64,000 bases of DNA from Octopus sinensis (Eukaryota), in assembly GCF_006345805.1 (NCBI RefSeq), contig NW_021836291.1, positions 418,654 to 482,653 of the forward strand, read 5' to 3'. A program made the position numbers and the translations under genes. The stretch's first letter is position 1. Each line of letters opens with the position of its first letter. Below are positions 27,163 through 40,329 of the stretch, one piece after another. The notes under the pieces were generated by a model. That model saw only the letters and a program-made list of their open reading frames with translations, searched no databases and was not told the DNA's origin.

Positions 27163-28119
27163 GTGCTTTGAAGGGACTATGTAACGTTTTTGTTTATATT
27201 ATAATTATTCCCTTTTATTTGTCGAGGTATAGGGGGTCATTTATAGAATGAATCTCTAAATCTCTTCATTTTGGGGACCAAACAAATCTTTGCAAGATAT
27301 AGAATTTGGCGAGCAAAAGAGGTTTTGCATCTCCGGTTGTTTAACAAAATTTTTTTCGCAAAGAAATATGAAAAAGAGAAGTTTAATTTAGATTAGTCGC
27401 CGAGCAGGCAATTTCGACGTAATATTGAGAGCGATATCCGCTAAAATAGCCAGCTCGTTTTACGATTGTCGTGACTCCTCTTCGAGATGATTAAACCAAT
27501 CTCTGAGGGGAGTTACCTCAAAAGTTGGAAATTATATACGTAATTGGTTAATTATTTAAAAATTTAAAATTGTAAAAAAGTTAAGAAATTATCAAATTGT
27601 TTTAAAAAATTAATGAAAATAATCATCAATAGTTTTTTTCTTCATATGTAAGTTCCTAAAATTTTCATTTTAATAATAAAATTCCTTTTACATTTTCAAT
27701 CCATCTTCCAAATTAATTGATAACTATTCTTCTTGGTATTCTTTTAGATAACTTAAACAGGTTTATTCGGGATAACTTAAAAAGGTCGACTTTATCCTCG
27801 TGAATTTTTTCTTTAAATTGAACAAAAACAGAGGCTATATGTTCAATTGTCACATGTTTGCTATTGTCGATGTAAGCGATTATGCGTCTTTTTTAATTAA
27901 ACGTCAGTCTAATACACTTATGCATGTTGGATAAAGCGCGGTTAAAATTATTTTATATTAAAAGCTAGTTTAAACACAAAAATTTTTAATAATGATAAAT
28001 AGTGACAAAATTTAGAATTTGACGACCAGCAGAGGTTTTTTTTAAAATTATTAATTTTTTTAAAAAATATGGCGAGCAATAAAGATGGCGATTAATAGGG
28101 GTTTGCTTTACTACCGACT

Positions 28120-30330
28120 CTTTTGGCCCCGTTTCATGTCAAAACTGATCGAAAGTGAAGTTAGAGCTGCTATGAGAGTTCTGACTCCAATGGTGGCGTA
28201 CTCCCATCCGCCAAAAATGTAATTAACACTCTGAAAAGCAACACCCTTCCGCACCTGCAGACCTCAAGTCATTTCCATCCATAGAATCCGCGCCCTCTCA
28301 TTTGAAACTCACAAACGAAGCGATCTGTAGGGTTCTCAAATCTTTTTCGCCTAGTAGTAATGTAGGCATTGATGGTCTCCACCCAAGTCATTTTTACAAC
28401 CTTATTTTCACTGTGATTGGCCCAACAGGCTTGCTGCTCCTTACCAAAATCACGGAACTAGTCAATAACCTTTTGTCTTTAGATTTATCGCTTTCGCTCG
28501 TGGACTCATTTTCTCCACCCATCTGCTTATTTTTGCAAAAAGACGGCGGTGTTCGTCCAAACGCCGTCAGGAACGTTCTCCACCGCCTGGCTTCAAAGCT
28601 CTCCTGCTGGTCGGTCTCCCCGGAACTTTAAAAAACTTTTAGCCCGCTACAGCTTGGAGTCAAGATTCCCTAGCCTGTGAGGCAGCGGTGAATGCTGCCA
28701 AAATGTTTTTTTGATCGCGAGTTTACGTCTCCGAATCTTTGTCAAACTTGACATTAGAAACGCATTTAACAGTGTCCGCCGTGACTCTGTGCTGAAATCT
28801 TGCTTCCTCCATCCATTTCTTGGTTCGTGCTGCAAACCTACGGCTCTCCTTCTCTTCTTATTTTTGGCTCTTCTACCATTATTTCAACCACCGATGTACA
28901 GAGCGACCCACTCTACCTTCGTATTTTTGCTGGCCATCGATGAGGCGATTCGCATGTCCAAGTTAAAAGTCTGGTACTTCGACAACGCTTTTATTGGCGT
29001 TCTGGCAATAGTAAATGACCTGATTAAAGTTGCTCCGATTCTTGTTTTTATAGGTCTTACGATAAACCCAAAAAAATCAGTGATTTTCAACATTGGCTAC
29101 GACCATGCACTCTTTACTTCGAAAATCCGGCTCTTGTTTAACCATTATCTCCAGGGCATACGCGCCGTCTTTCCCAAAGACCTTATCCTTCTTGGCACGT
29201 CTCTTTTCTTGTTCTGAATTCGATCATTCCTCCATGCTAAACTTTGCAAAATGAAAAAATCATTCAACTTTCATAAACCCATCGACGCCTACGTGGCTTT
29301 CTTTATACTGAATTTCTTCGTTTGGACTACGCACTTCGAATTTCACCCTGCTTCCAATTCCCGAACGTAGTCGGAGAATTCGATTCGTTGCTAAAAAATA
29401 CTTTCGTTCAAATTTTAAATGTACATTTTGTGCGACATAACTGGAAACAGCCTATCCTTCATATTAGGCACGGCGGTCTCGGATTCCAGGCCCCCTCGGC
29501 AGTTTCCTTGTCATGCTTTCTATTGTCCTCTTCTCGATGGAGATCTCTCGTGATCCAGATTGTTCCTCTTCTCTCTGAATCGCACACAGAGCTTTCATAC
29601 GGGACATCTTTGTGGACAGCTAGCGGACTCAAAGACCTATGTCGAGTGCGCGAGTGGGCGGAGGTCACCAGCTCTTAGTCTTTTCGGTAGTTAGAGTCTC
29701 ACGGAAGCCAACACCAGCGCGCTTACCTGTTATCAGGAGCATCTCCACATACGTGCGCTTGGATTAACGCCTATCTTTCCCTTGCAGCTGGATCCTTCCT
29801 AGACTCCAAGTGCTTAAGAATCGGAATATCTCTTCGACTCGCCTTGGAAATTTGCAAGCCTCAGTAATGCCGCTGAGGAACTTATATAGACCGCAAAGGT
29901 TTACACCCGCTCTCTTGTCCTAAAGATACCTAGGCATGTGAAGCTTAATAGCATCGTAAAACGTCTGGTTGAGGCAACCAGCATCCTAAATCATTTGGTC
30001 TTAACAGAAAGAATGGTAAGAGGCAAGAAGGCGTCTACAAGTGTGGTAAAGCGATCGTCTCTGAAATCGCGTCTGCTATCAAAGCCGGTATAGTGGCGAC
30101 AAACGCGGAGATTCTCAAAGCAAATAGATACGTATTTCTATTGGACAGATTCGTCTTTGAACCTGTGTCAGTCAAAACTTCAGGAAAATCGACACTAGGT
30201 TTCCTCAACGAGAGAGGTCGTCACCTCGGAAGATCTAGAAACGACCCCCGCGAATTTAATCAGCTTTTTGAGCGTGTCTCAATAGCTGTCTTTAGGGGGA
30301 ACTGTTTCTCATTTTTTTTTCTGCGGCTAG
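28120..30330 (+). mobile_element. Degenerate CRE-like retrotransposon (RT + RLE)
   Basis: GIDGLHPSH, KDGGVRPNAV, QLGV, VKLDIRNAFNSVRRD, WYFDN, HGGLG, FERVSIAVFRGN. Confidence 0.85.
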
Positions 30331-32201
30331 TAGGTGATTTACTTTTGTTTCTTGTTTTGCTGATTCAAAAAAAATTTTGTAAAATTATTTAATTACTACT
30401 AATAATGAAGCAATTTATATTTATTTATATGATTATTTTTTTTACTTTCGATTTATTGACTGATTAACCAACTTCTAAATAAAAATATAAAATAATTTTT
30501 GATGATATATTCATAAATGAGGTTGTCGCTTAGCTCTCAGTGGCCGGAAGCCTACATAAAATTTGGGGGCGGGTGGCTCAAAGTCAAATACATTAAAAAA
30601 CTAATCCAGAGCGATCTGGAAAATGAACTATACGAAAGGTCAAATGCAACCTAAATTGGCAGAGTTCAGCGCATTACATACGTGAATGAAAATAGAATTC
30701 CCTGCTCTAAAAGAAAAAAGACAAACCTATACTACAGGCCTAATTTCACTCCTGAAGTTATTTGATTAATTTATTCCAAGGTCAAAATTCGAACGTCGCT
30801 GGACGATGTTTTAAATTTTCTAGAACAAAGTTACAGAGGTGCCGACTTTGAAATGGTTTTGTTCATTTCGAGGGTGAGAGTATAAATTGAATCTGAGACA
30901 ATCCAACTGCTTATCTCCCACTGCAACCACATGGGGGGGTCCAGTCAAAAAAAACTTTTCTCTGCTCTGGAATCGTTCTCTAAAAGAAGTAAGTTGAGAT
31001 TTGTAAGACGAGTAAAATATGATATTGATTAACATTGCAAATTCAATATTTCTAGTCATTGCTCTTCAAGTGAATGTCCGACTCATCCGCGACCTGCTCT
31101 CCTCCGCACAGGTCGTCCTAGACAACCACTGCGTCTGTGTTGGCTCCAAATCACTGTGGTCTCAGCATCAGAACAGCCTCAAAAGAACTGCCAGATTTAT
31201 CGAAAGGGTTTTACTTGCGCTTAACTGCAGAAAGCTGTTAAAGATTCAGAAAATGTACGTTTTTTCTCCGACTTACCGATTTACAATGTCATCGAAATAC
31301 TCAAATACGTTCAGAATCCAGAAGATCTGGACAATATTCGTAGAACATGCCGACTTTTTTATAGGTCATGACTGTTTTAATGTCAGACTATTTGCAGGGG
31401 AGGTTGTTTGGAAATATTTTTGCAGGGAATTAGATGTATCTTCAATCTGCCAAGAAGGGGGTAAAATAGATTGGCAGTTGACTTATTTTAAATCTCTCGA
31501 GTTTGTGTTTTATGATTAGCAGATGTCGGGAAGTGATATATCTGGTCTATCTGAACTACTGCTACAAATGCTCGCACGTCTTTTGGTCGGTATGCAATTA
31601 AATGGCTAAATACATAGAATGATTCGAGGTTGTGCAAGTGTAGCGAGACTCCAATATATTTAAAGAAATTGACTCCCGAGCAATTCGTCGGTATGGTTAT
31701 TGACTAAGAAGAGGTTAATTATTCATCAAAATTGATTTTATTGTTTTTGGTCAATACCACATTTACGTTATTCATTACATGTTACAGCATTAGCAAAAAA
31801 GAAATCATTAATTGTCAATTGTTCGATAATATGAAAAGAAAATTTTCGAGTAGCCAAAGTAAACAAATAACTTATCCTACTCGCGATTTCTTAAAACCAC
31901 AATGTTTATACAATTGTTTTTCTAATAAACATTTAACCAGGAATCAAAATAAATTTGTATAATTTGATCATAATGAATAATTAAAATTTTAAATCACAGA
32001 GATACAATCTCTAAATCTCACTCGATCAACTTTGAATTTAATTTGAAATTTACAAACAGAGATCACAGCCTGTTAACAAATATATGATTTATAACATTAG
32101 AAACATAAATAATAAACAAATAAAAACTATTCGCATATCAAAAATATTATCTGTACAAATAAGGAGAGCTCAGTCACTGATCTTGACACATACAACAATG
32201 A

Positions 32202-35200
32202 CTAACGACGTACAAGAGTAACCAATCCGTTATTAAAAGCCGTAGAGTACATGGAGTGAGACTCCAACCTTGTCATCTCACTAACAAAGAGTCCATCCAC
32301 ACTGAACTGTAAAAGTCTCATTCGACCAGTAAATTTTAAAGAGTGAAAGAAGACGTATCCAAGAGGTGAAGAAATTCCACAATTGATAAATTTAAAACAC
32401 TCAGCTATCGGATTTTCAAGACATTTTAGAAGCGAGCACACTTTTAAAGATTTGTTGTGTGACACATCCAACTCAATCAGCTTAACACATTTCAGATTGC
32501 TACTATAATAATTCATCAACAATACTCGTAGAAGGAGGAAAAAATGTGGTCCGTCAATGAACAGTTACACAAAATGATTTTCCCAAGAGAGTGTGCTATC
32601 GACGGGGTTAAAATTAGGGAGCAGGGAAACACGTTGGACGACAAATCGAGTCTACGTATGCTCCTTCTGAAAAAAATGTCCATCACAGAGGGGAGACTTA
32701 ACTGGTTACTGGAAATGTCCAAATTCTCAAGACATGTCAAACCTACACAGTCAGCGAAACACAAAACAACCGACCTTTCAATGCCTCCAATAATCCCAGA
32801 TCATCGAACAGGTCGGATGGCAATGAACATGCCTTTAAACCGAGACTGACAAGGCTCGTCAATCCAATCAACAAAGTAGAAATACTTTGTGAAAAACAAT
32901 CAGAGAAACAATTGTAGGAAAGAGACAATTCATGAAGGGACTTTCCCCGTAGAACACAGCCGAGTTGTTCCAAACACGAAGAAGTGAGTTCATTCGAAGA
33001 AACGTCCAAATACTTTAGGTTGGTGCAACTTTTAAGAACAGGAATCAGCCATTCCTTAACAGCATAGTCAGTCAAATAGTTCCCGCTCAAATTTAGTCTG
33101 ACCAGTGATTTTCCAAAGCAAATGAGGACTCCGTGAAGTGGACGGAAAAATGAATAGGGAAGCAGCTGTAGTGACACATCAAAGCAGTCAGTTGCCCTCA
33201 TAGTTTTCAACGAATCTTCAACACATTGATAGAACTGGCAGTCAAATGTTCGACAGGCACTCGAATAGAGAGAAGCCAAGTCGATCTCGCACATTTCATC
33301 AATCCCACACACAACCTATATTCTAAATAAAATATGCTGACTGATTTCGGAGAATGAACCTCGTGGGTAAATCTGAGGCATTTGCTGTCTAGACGGAATC
33401 CAAGAATTGGGAGTAAATATTGACCCACAAGCTGTGCCAACTGGTCATTTCTGGACGTAATATATCAAACAATAACTCTGAATAAGTTAACTCAAAGTTA
33501 ATATCCCCGAATATCACATTGATCGAGATATTCTCCACCTCCTCAGTGGACATACTCGAACAGTCCTCGTCGATGAGAGCAGAACAAGGAAGGACTGTGG
33601 GAAATGGTTCCATCTTTACCCTCACTGGTCGTTTAACCCCTCGAATAGCATTCTAACATAGACTTCACATAAACTAACCTTATAGGCCTCCAAATGTGTC
33701 TCCTTACTTGCCTTCCTTCGTCTGGGAGTGGGGACGCGAGGAACACTGTTTCTGAAAGGAGGGTCCTCAGAGGGAGTCAAACATCGAAGAATTCTTCTGA
33801 CCTGGTCGTCTATTTGAGCCCCTGTCCTTTTCAACCACATTTGATAACATTCATAAGCTCGATCTCCCTTAAGAATGTACATATGCACTGTACATTATCG
33901 TCGGCCAAATTCACATCTGCCTGGAATTCCAGTAGAACGTTGATCACGTCAGCATGGCCACACGAAGCAGCCGACTGAAGCGGGGTCACTCCTTCGCAAT
34001 ACTTCCCACCACTGTCGTCCACTCGAGCACCGTTTTTTAAAAGCATCTCAACAATTTCAAAATTTCCTCGATTAGCAGCCTCGTGGAGTGGAGTCCACCC
34101 ACAGTTGTCCCTTTGGTTGACAGAATCCACGTCCTACTGCCATACCAGTGACCTCACTGACCTCCCTCAATATTGCTCTGACCTTCCTCACATTCTGTTT
34201 AATGCAGGCAATGTGGAGAGGAGTCTCCCCTTTCTCATTCCTCTTAAAATTGTTACTCACTGAAATACTTTGCGTGGAGGCCGACACTTCCTAACCACAC
34301 ATTTGGGTGGACTGAGAGGGGACAGACTGGACTCGCTCAGAGAAGACTTTCCCTGACTATCCTCTGTCGAACAGTCTTCTAGTGAGGATATAATCCCCCT
34401 CGCAATGTCAGCCTGGCTCTCCTTTCCCCACCTCTGGGCAGTAACGAGCATATGCCGTGCAATCAATTTCTTATTTTGAGTTTATTTGCCCCACCTGTGT
34501 GGATCTATGTGTCCCCTCAGTCAGCATTCCAAGTCCTCTGGTGTATGTCTCCACAGACAAGTCATATTTCGACATCAATGAGTAGCAGTCCCCCATTTCC
34601 AGACACATCGTGGCCTTCTACCAAATTATACACAACCAACGTCTAGAGGTGTGTCCGAATGTTCATTCAAACACATTTCATAATATTTTAGGGCCTCAGA
34701 ATAGTTGTATGTGTCAAAATAAGTCTTTCCCAATGAGAAACAGGCTTCTCCACATTTTTTCAAATGTCCTGACTCATGTGCCTCCCAATACTGCAATGTA
34801 ATGGGGAGAAGACCATCAAATCATAGTAGTACAGGGCAGTGGAGTGGGCAGATATCGAGGAAGCCCTATCACCAACCAGTTCATACTGTCTAAGCCTTTC
34901 TTCGCCTGATAACTCGCCGTTGGCCAGTTTGTTGACAGCCTCCCTTATATTCTTTACTAGAACTATAAAAATGTGAATACGTGGTCTGATTGTCTTTGTC
35001 CACTCATTCTCGACATATTTCCACAACTTGAGGTCCCTGAGCTTCCACATGCTCTGATATGCACTCTCAAATTGTCCTCTCTCTACATCAACCTTGTTCA
35101 TATTGTAAATAATGAAACCAGTACTCGTTGATAATAACAGTCATAAGATAACTTTGAGGGTACTTTGGACGAGAGGTTGGAGGCCAGTTGATTGTAGGTC

Positions 35201-35963
35201 TGTGCCTTCTGAAGATCTCGTCGGTTGAGATGAAAGGACGTGAGGGAGGTGAGACAAGTATATTCCATTTGAGAGAGTTTTAAATGTCTGTCTTCATAGA
35301 AAGAACAATAACCTAGCCAATTTGAGGCCTTCCTCCCACGTGTTGAGTGCATCATCCAGCTGCCCAACATTTCGTGGACTAGCCCTAAAAATGGCGAAAA
35401 AAATACACCAATGTTGATTAAGCAGCATATTTTTGAGGAGGAGAGTTCACAGCTGGGCTGAATCTCCGCTTCAATGAGAAAAAGACACTTTTTAAAAATT
35501 TTCAAAGCCTCGGCCAGTCCTTCATGTCTCTCAAAGTGCCCCTCCATCTCAGCCTGACAGAGTAGTGCCCGTCCATAGGACACACTTGCTCGGGCAACCT
35601 CATCCACGTTGCCCAGGCTGTCGTACAGTCGCAATGACTGTCTGTGGTGTTCTGTCGAGGTTACAAATTGCCCGGACTCGAAGTAGCATTCTCCCAGCAA
35701 TTTGTGTGCCAGTGCTACTCCAAGTTGATCTCCCAGAGACGTTCTGAGAACTAATTCTGTCTCAAACTCTTCGACGGCTGCAGATATGTTACCTTTAACT
35801 TTTGAAAATAGATTTTAACTGATCTCAAAGTAATGAGTGCCTAAGATTTGACAACAGTCTGCCCTCTTTGAGATATCTCCACTCAGTTCAGCCTGCCTTT
35901 TTTCTTTTTTGATTTCTAAAAATTATGCTTTGGGTGATTACCATTAATCTTGACGTGGGGCAT
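32202..35963 (-). CDS. TONSL: Tonsoku-like DNA repair protein (TPR - ankyrin - LRR)
   Basis: N-terminal TPRs, KRNEKGETPLHIAC, DNCGWTPLHEAANRG, EGVTPL and C-terminal LRRs (LNLSGNYL, LDVSSNEL, LSLSYN, LDISSNQL); this domain order is typical of TONSL. Confidence 0.9.
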
Positions 35964-36149
35964 TGTTTAGTCAAACATTAAGTTTAAATAATTTAATTTT
36001 ATTCGTATACTAAATTAATAATTTTAACAGATTATTTCTAGTAAAAAATAATTATCAATTCCATCACCGCCGAGTCCTATGTGATCAGGGAAGGTCTGGT
36101 AGGGGAAAAGTATAATTAATCTTCAATGTTTAACAAATAAGTGTTTTTA

Positions 36150-36380
36150 GACGAGCCATTAAATTCCAGTAAAACTTTCTGAAAAGCTTTAACAGAAGAC
36201 GCGAATTCTTTTAAATGAAAAAATTAAAATTAGCAAAAACTGTTCATAAAACACGACTCACAAATGAAAATTTGTCGACTTTAATTAAAGTCAGAACTAC
36301 ACAAATAATTGGGTTCGACATATCAAAAATTGTTTCGGAAAAACATGTAAATCATCCGAATTTAGCTCTAAGCATGATTA
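36150..36380 (+). mobile_element. Possible hAT transposase C-terminal dimerisation remnant
   Basis: MKKLKLAKTVHKTRLTNENLSTLIKV resembles the hAT 'K..RxRLT..L' motif. Confidence 0.35.
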
Positions 36381-36614
36381 AAAATGATGATTACATATTT
36401 AGACTTCCTTATTTTTGGTTTTTCATTAAAGTAAATAATCTTTCATTGATGAAAAATTATTATAAATGCTGCCTTCGAAGCAAAGTGAGTTTGACACTCC
36501 TACTCTATGGTAAATCTTCATTGATACCAGTATTTTATTAGATTTAAAAATTTTATTAATAATATAAGGTAATTAAATATCAGTTTTAATAAATAAAATT
36601 GTGGTCACATAGTA

Positions 36615-37877
36615 ATGGTTTCTTTGTCTAAATTACTGGAATGTTTATTTCACCCACAAGATTTGTTCTACATGGCAAAATTCCGTCTTGGAGGGAGTCC
36701 CCTAACCCCTTCATTCAAGGGAAACATCAGTGGAGATCAAAAAATATGCTTTGATCTGCTAGCCAAAACAAGTCGCAGTTTTGGTGGAGTCATCCAGTCC
36801 CTAAACAAAGAGTTGAGCCTCCCCGTGGCCATATTTTATCTCGTCTTGCGTGCATTGGACACAATCGAGGACGACACGTCCATCGACCTCGAACTCAGGA
36901 AAGTCATGCTCAAGGAATTCCCAACACGATTGAGTGACCCTTCTTTTGTTTATCCACAATCCAACGGATCAGAGATTCTCCAAATGTTTCCGCATGTTAA
37001 ATTTAAAATTTCACGTGCAGATTTCACGGGAATATCTGTTACTGGATGATTCCTATCGACGAGTGATTGTCCGGGTGTGTGAGCAAATGGCGAGAGGGAT
37101 GTGTGAGTACATGGACAGAGGAGTAAATACTTTGGCGGAATGGGACGAGTATTGCTATTATGTCGCCGGGTTGGTTGGGATGGGCTTGTCTGCTCTTTTT
37201 GTGGGTGTTTCGGGGGAAGACGATCGATTGAACCAAAAACAGCTGTGGAATTCCATGGGGCTTTTCCTTCAAAAGACTAACATTATTCGTGACTATGCCG
37301 AAGACCTTTCAGAAAACAGAGCTTTTTGGCCAAAAGAAGTAATGATATATATATTTTTTAGGTTTGGTGCAAATATGTGAGCAATTTGAGTGATCTGCAG
37401 GATTCCGATGGAGTGAATGTACTGAATCAGCTAATATTGAATACTCTAGCCCACGTAGAGGATGTCCTGACTTACCTATCTCTCATTAAGGACTCCAAAA
37501 TATTCTTATTTTGTGCAATTCCTCAAGTTTTTTTTAATATATTGAGTTTAGGTGATGGCAATGGCCACTCTTGAAAGATGCTTCAATAACCCTGATGTGC
37601 TTAGACGGAATGTCAAGATACGACGAGGGGAGACTGTGGCTATCATTATGGGTGCCAGGGACTATGACAGTGCACGGGCATTGCTCTACAAATACATTCG
37701 ATCGGTGAGGTTAATGGGTGGTATTCCTAGCTTGCAAGTAAAGTGAAGAGTTACAAAGATGCTGAGTTTGTGGAGAGTGTCTGCGTAATGTGTCGACCTC
37801 CCTCCCCTTTGCACCTTCAGTGGGCTGATTTGGCCTTTGCCTTTTTATTAGCTTTTTTACTCACATTTTTGAACTAA
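36615..37877 (+). CDS. FDFT1: Squalene synthase (farnesyl-diphosphate farnesyltransferase)
   Basis: TSRSF, FYLVLRALDTIEDD, YCYYVAGLVG, SMGLFLQKTNIIRDY, FWPKE, FCAIPQVMAMATL, VKIRRG and a C-terminal TM. Introns 36996-37020, 37339-37361, 37527-37551 and 37705-37730. Confidence 0.95.
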
Positions 37878-38754
37878 ACGTGGTCATTAATAATATTTTT
37901 TGACAATTAATGAAATTAAATTGACTTATTTTGTTCACCCACTAATTACTGATCTTCCATTCTTTAAAAATCCTGGCTTTGATCCGAATCGAACGTAGAA
38001 CGGGAAGTTGTAGTGTAATTTTTTGAAGGAAATTGCTTGTATGGCAGATCTTTGTATAATAGCGTGAGAAATCCTCCACTGTTTTCTATGATTAAGTCGT
38101 TAAGACTTTTATGGAAAAAAATTGGTGTCTTGTTAATATTTTCCACTTTAGAGAGCTGATTTTAGTCCATTTAACAGAGTTAATTCCCCAGGCAAAGCAG
38201 GAATGATTGATAATCCGTTAGTTAAACTGTTTGTATAGAGACTTAGAGAGTTATGCTTCCTTCCAAAATAATTTGATCATTTAAGCTTCCTGACCGGCAA
38301 CCCGTGATGCATTCAAACGAGATCAAAAATTTCATGTGAGATTGGAGGATAACTCAGGAATTTGTTGTTAAAGGGATGTTGGTCTATTCTCCTGCGGAGG
38401 AATACTTAGCTTAAGATTTGCAATATACATCAAGATTGATTCACGTGCCATTGCCTTGAGGATCAAGTTCGGATCCATTTGATCCCTTACTCTAATATAT
38501 CAAACTATCTTACTGAACCTGATCAAATACTTTAAAAATCCCACCTCAGAGGCGAGAAACATAATAAATCACTTCTAAAATAATAGAGTCCATATTCAAA
38601 TCTAAAAATATGTTTATTTTCACCAAAAAACGCGAGATCCCCATGTGTGTGCAACCAATCGACCTGATTTTTTCAAGAAAACTAAATCCGTGATTTTTGA
38701 CTATATTAACTTGTTAAGAAATTAATAAATCAGAAAGGTTATATATCAATTTTG

Positions 38755-39194
38755 ACATACGATCTATGGCAGGGGAGTTGACCATTCTTTACGACGCTCA
38801 AGTGAAAATAATTCCACTGGTTTTGACTTGGACGGGCTTGTTTCCAAGTTTTTTTAAGAAATACATTAAAAAGTTGGCTATCGAAGACGCAACTCAGTCT
38901 TATATACAGTCAGTTATATTGAAGAAAACATTGGAGAATATGATTGTTGAGCATAGATATGGGATCAGAATCACTGATGAGGGGATAAATTCAGCCAATA
39001 GTCTCTTAATTGAAGCAAGTCATTCGTATGAAGATAATATGGAGAATGAGGGAAAAAGAGTCGCAACTAACTTAGAGACAGAGGATCAAGGAGTGGTGTT
39101 GGTTACTTCCTCCTCTAAAAGGGGGAGATCAACCTCCAGCGGACAACGGTCGGATTAACATCGATTAAATAATATTAACTTAATCCATTTTGTT
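38755..39194 (+). mobile_element. 5'-truncated R4-like retrotransposon 3' end with an 11-bp TSD
   Basis: YDL..ELTILYDAQVKIIPLVLTW..YIQSVILKKTLE; TATCAATTTTG at both 38744-38754 and 39195-39205. Confidence 0.85.
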
Positions 39195-39452
39195 TATCAA
39201 TTTTGTCGTTTTATGAGCGTTTTTGCATGGATCTGATTTTTTCAGATATATAAAGTAAATTGTATTAGCCTGTTTGACTTCTTTTAGAACCTTTGTTCCT
39301 GCCAAACAAAAGACTTTTTGACAAACACACACATTCTTCAATAAAGGAATTTGTTCAAATATGTGATTAAAATTGACTATTTAATTTAAAAACATATTTA
39401 ATGGTGCTTGGTTCGAGCAATCAGTATGTTTTTGAAATCCTTATGTGCCTCT

Positions 39453-39825
39453 TTTTATGCCTCATGCGACCCTCAGTGGTTGCATTTATGTGGCACCGCC
39501 ATATTTGTTTCATGACCTGACTTTGTTTACCTGTAGCATTTTACAGTCGCATGAAAGCAGATGGAATGCTATCCATATAACTATATGGCCATGAAGGTTC
39601 CATGTATATTACGTGCACCCCGGATTGACGAGTGACGCCGTCATCAGTAACTCCACTGCGGAACCGGATGTCTATCTCAGCCACAGCACAAAAGAAAATA
39701 GATGGAACAGAGACATATGTTTTCGTTTGGATTCTTAATAACATGTTCTCTCTCTGTCTTGATCTTATGTGGTCGCACAAACTTTGTCATGATTCATGGC
39801 ATCGAGAAAGTGCGTATAATACTAA
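39453..39825. mobile_element. 373-bp apparently non-coding insertion (SINE-like or non-autonomous) with an 11-bp TSD
   Basis: TATGTGCCTCT at 39442-39452 and 39826-39836; the homologous spacer (about 58304 and 63327) has a single empty site. Confidence 0.7.
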
Positions 39826-40329
39826 TATGTGCCTCTGATATTCAAGATCTCTTTGATGAATCACCCGATTGTTTTAAAAATTTAAAGACTAGCCCGTTTT
39901 TACACATTTTTTTAAAAATCAACTCGAAATTTTATGTAAAAGTGATCTGAACGAGTTGGTATCATAGAATTTTTTTAACATTAGAGGCAATTTGATTGAT
40001 AAAACTTTAGAATAGAATACTTTTTTATTATTCAAGAAAAACCAAAACCCAAAAGATCATTACAGGGAAAATAAAAATAAGGCATCAAAGTGTCTCTTTC
40101 CATGCTAACTCAATTATAATTACGTAAAACCTCCGGTAGACCGAAGAAAAAATGACGGGCAATAGAATTTGGCAAGCAATGGAAATAATCAATAAATTTT
40201 TTGACTTTGAAATTTTGAAAACATCTCGGTTTTCGATACTTTCCGATCATAAGTGAGCCTTCCAAGTCATATTTGAGCAAAGAAACAAAGAGAATCGAAA
40301 GAAATTAAAAGGAAAAAATTAACTAAAAA

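Larger units (their letters stand above)
38440..39970. repeat. Diverged, dispersed copy of the rDNA intergenic-spacer sequence, interrupted by two insertions
   Basis: Shares AGAAACATAATAAATCACTTCTAAAATAATAG, TGTGTGCAACCAATCGACCTGATTTTTTCA, AGTAAATTGTATTAGCCTGTT and AAAAGTGATC in the same order as 62380-63470. Confidence 0.85.

Noticed and set aside
30820-31700. 166-aa ORF 31019-31519 and surrounding sequence
   Set aside because: No recognisable motifs or consistent micro-intron structure on either strand; possibly a decayed element.
38180-38225. Helitron 3' hairpin (CCCCAGGCAAAGCAGGAA)
   Set aside because: The hairpin is imperfect and no CTRR terminus follows.
39620-39670. Hammerhead ribozyme (CTGATGA on the minus strand) in the 373-bp insertion
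   Set aside because: No correctly placed GAAA after stem II and no convincing stems I and III.
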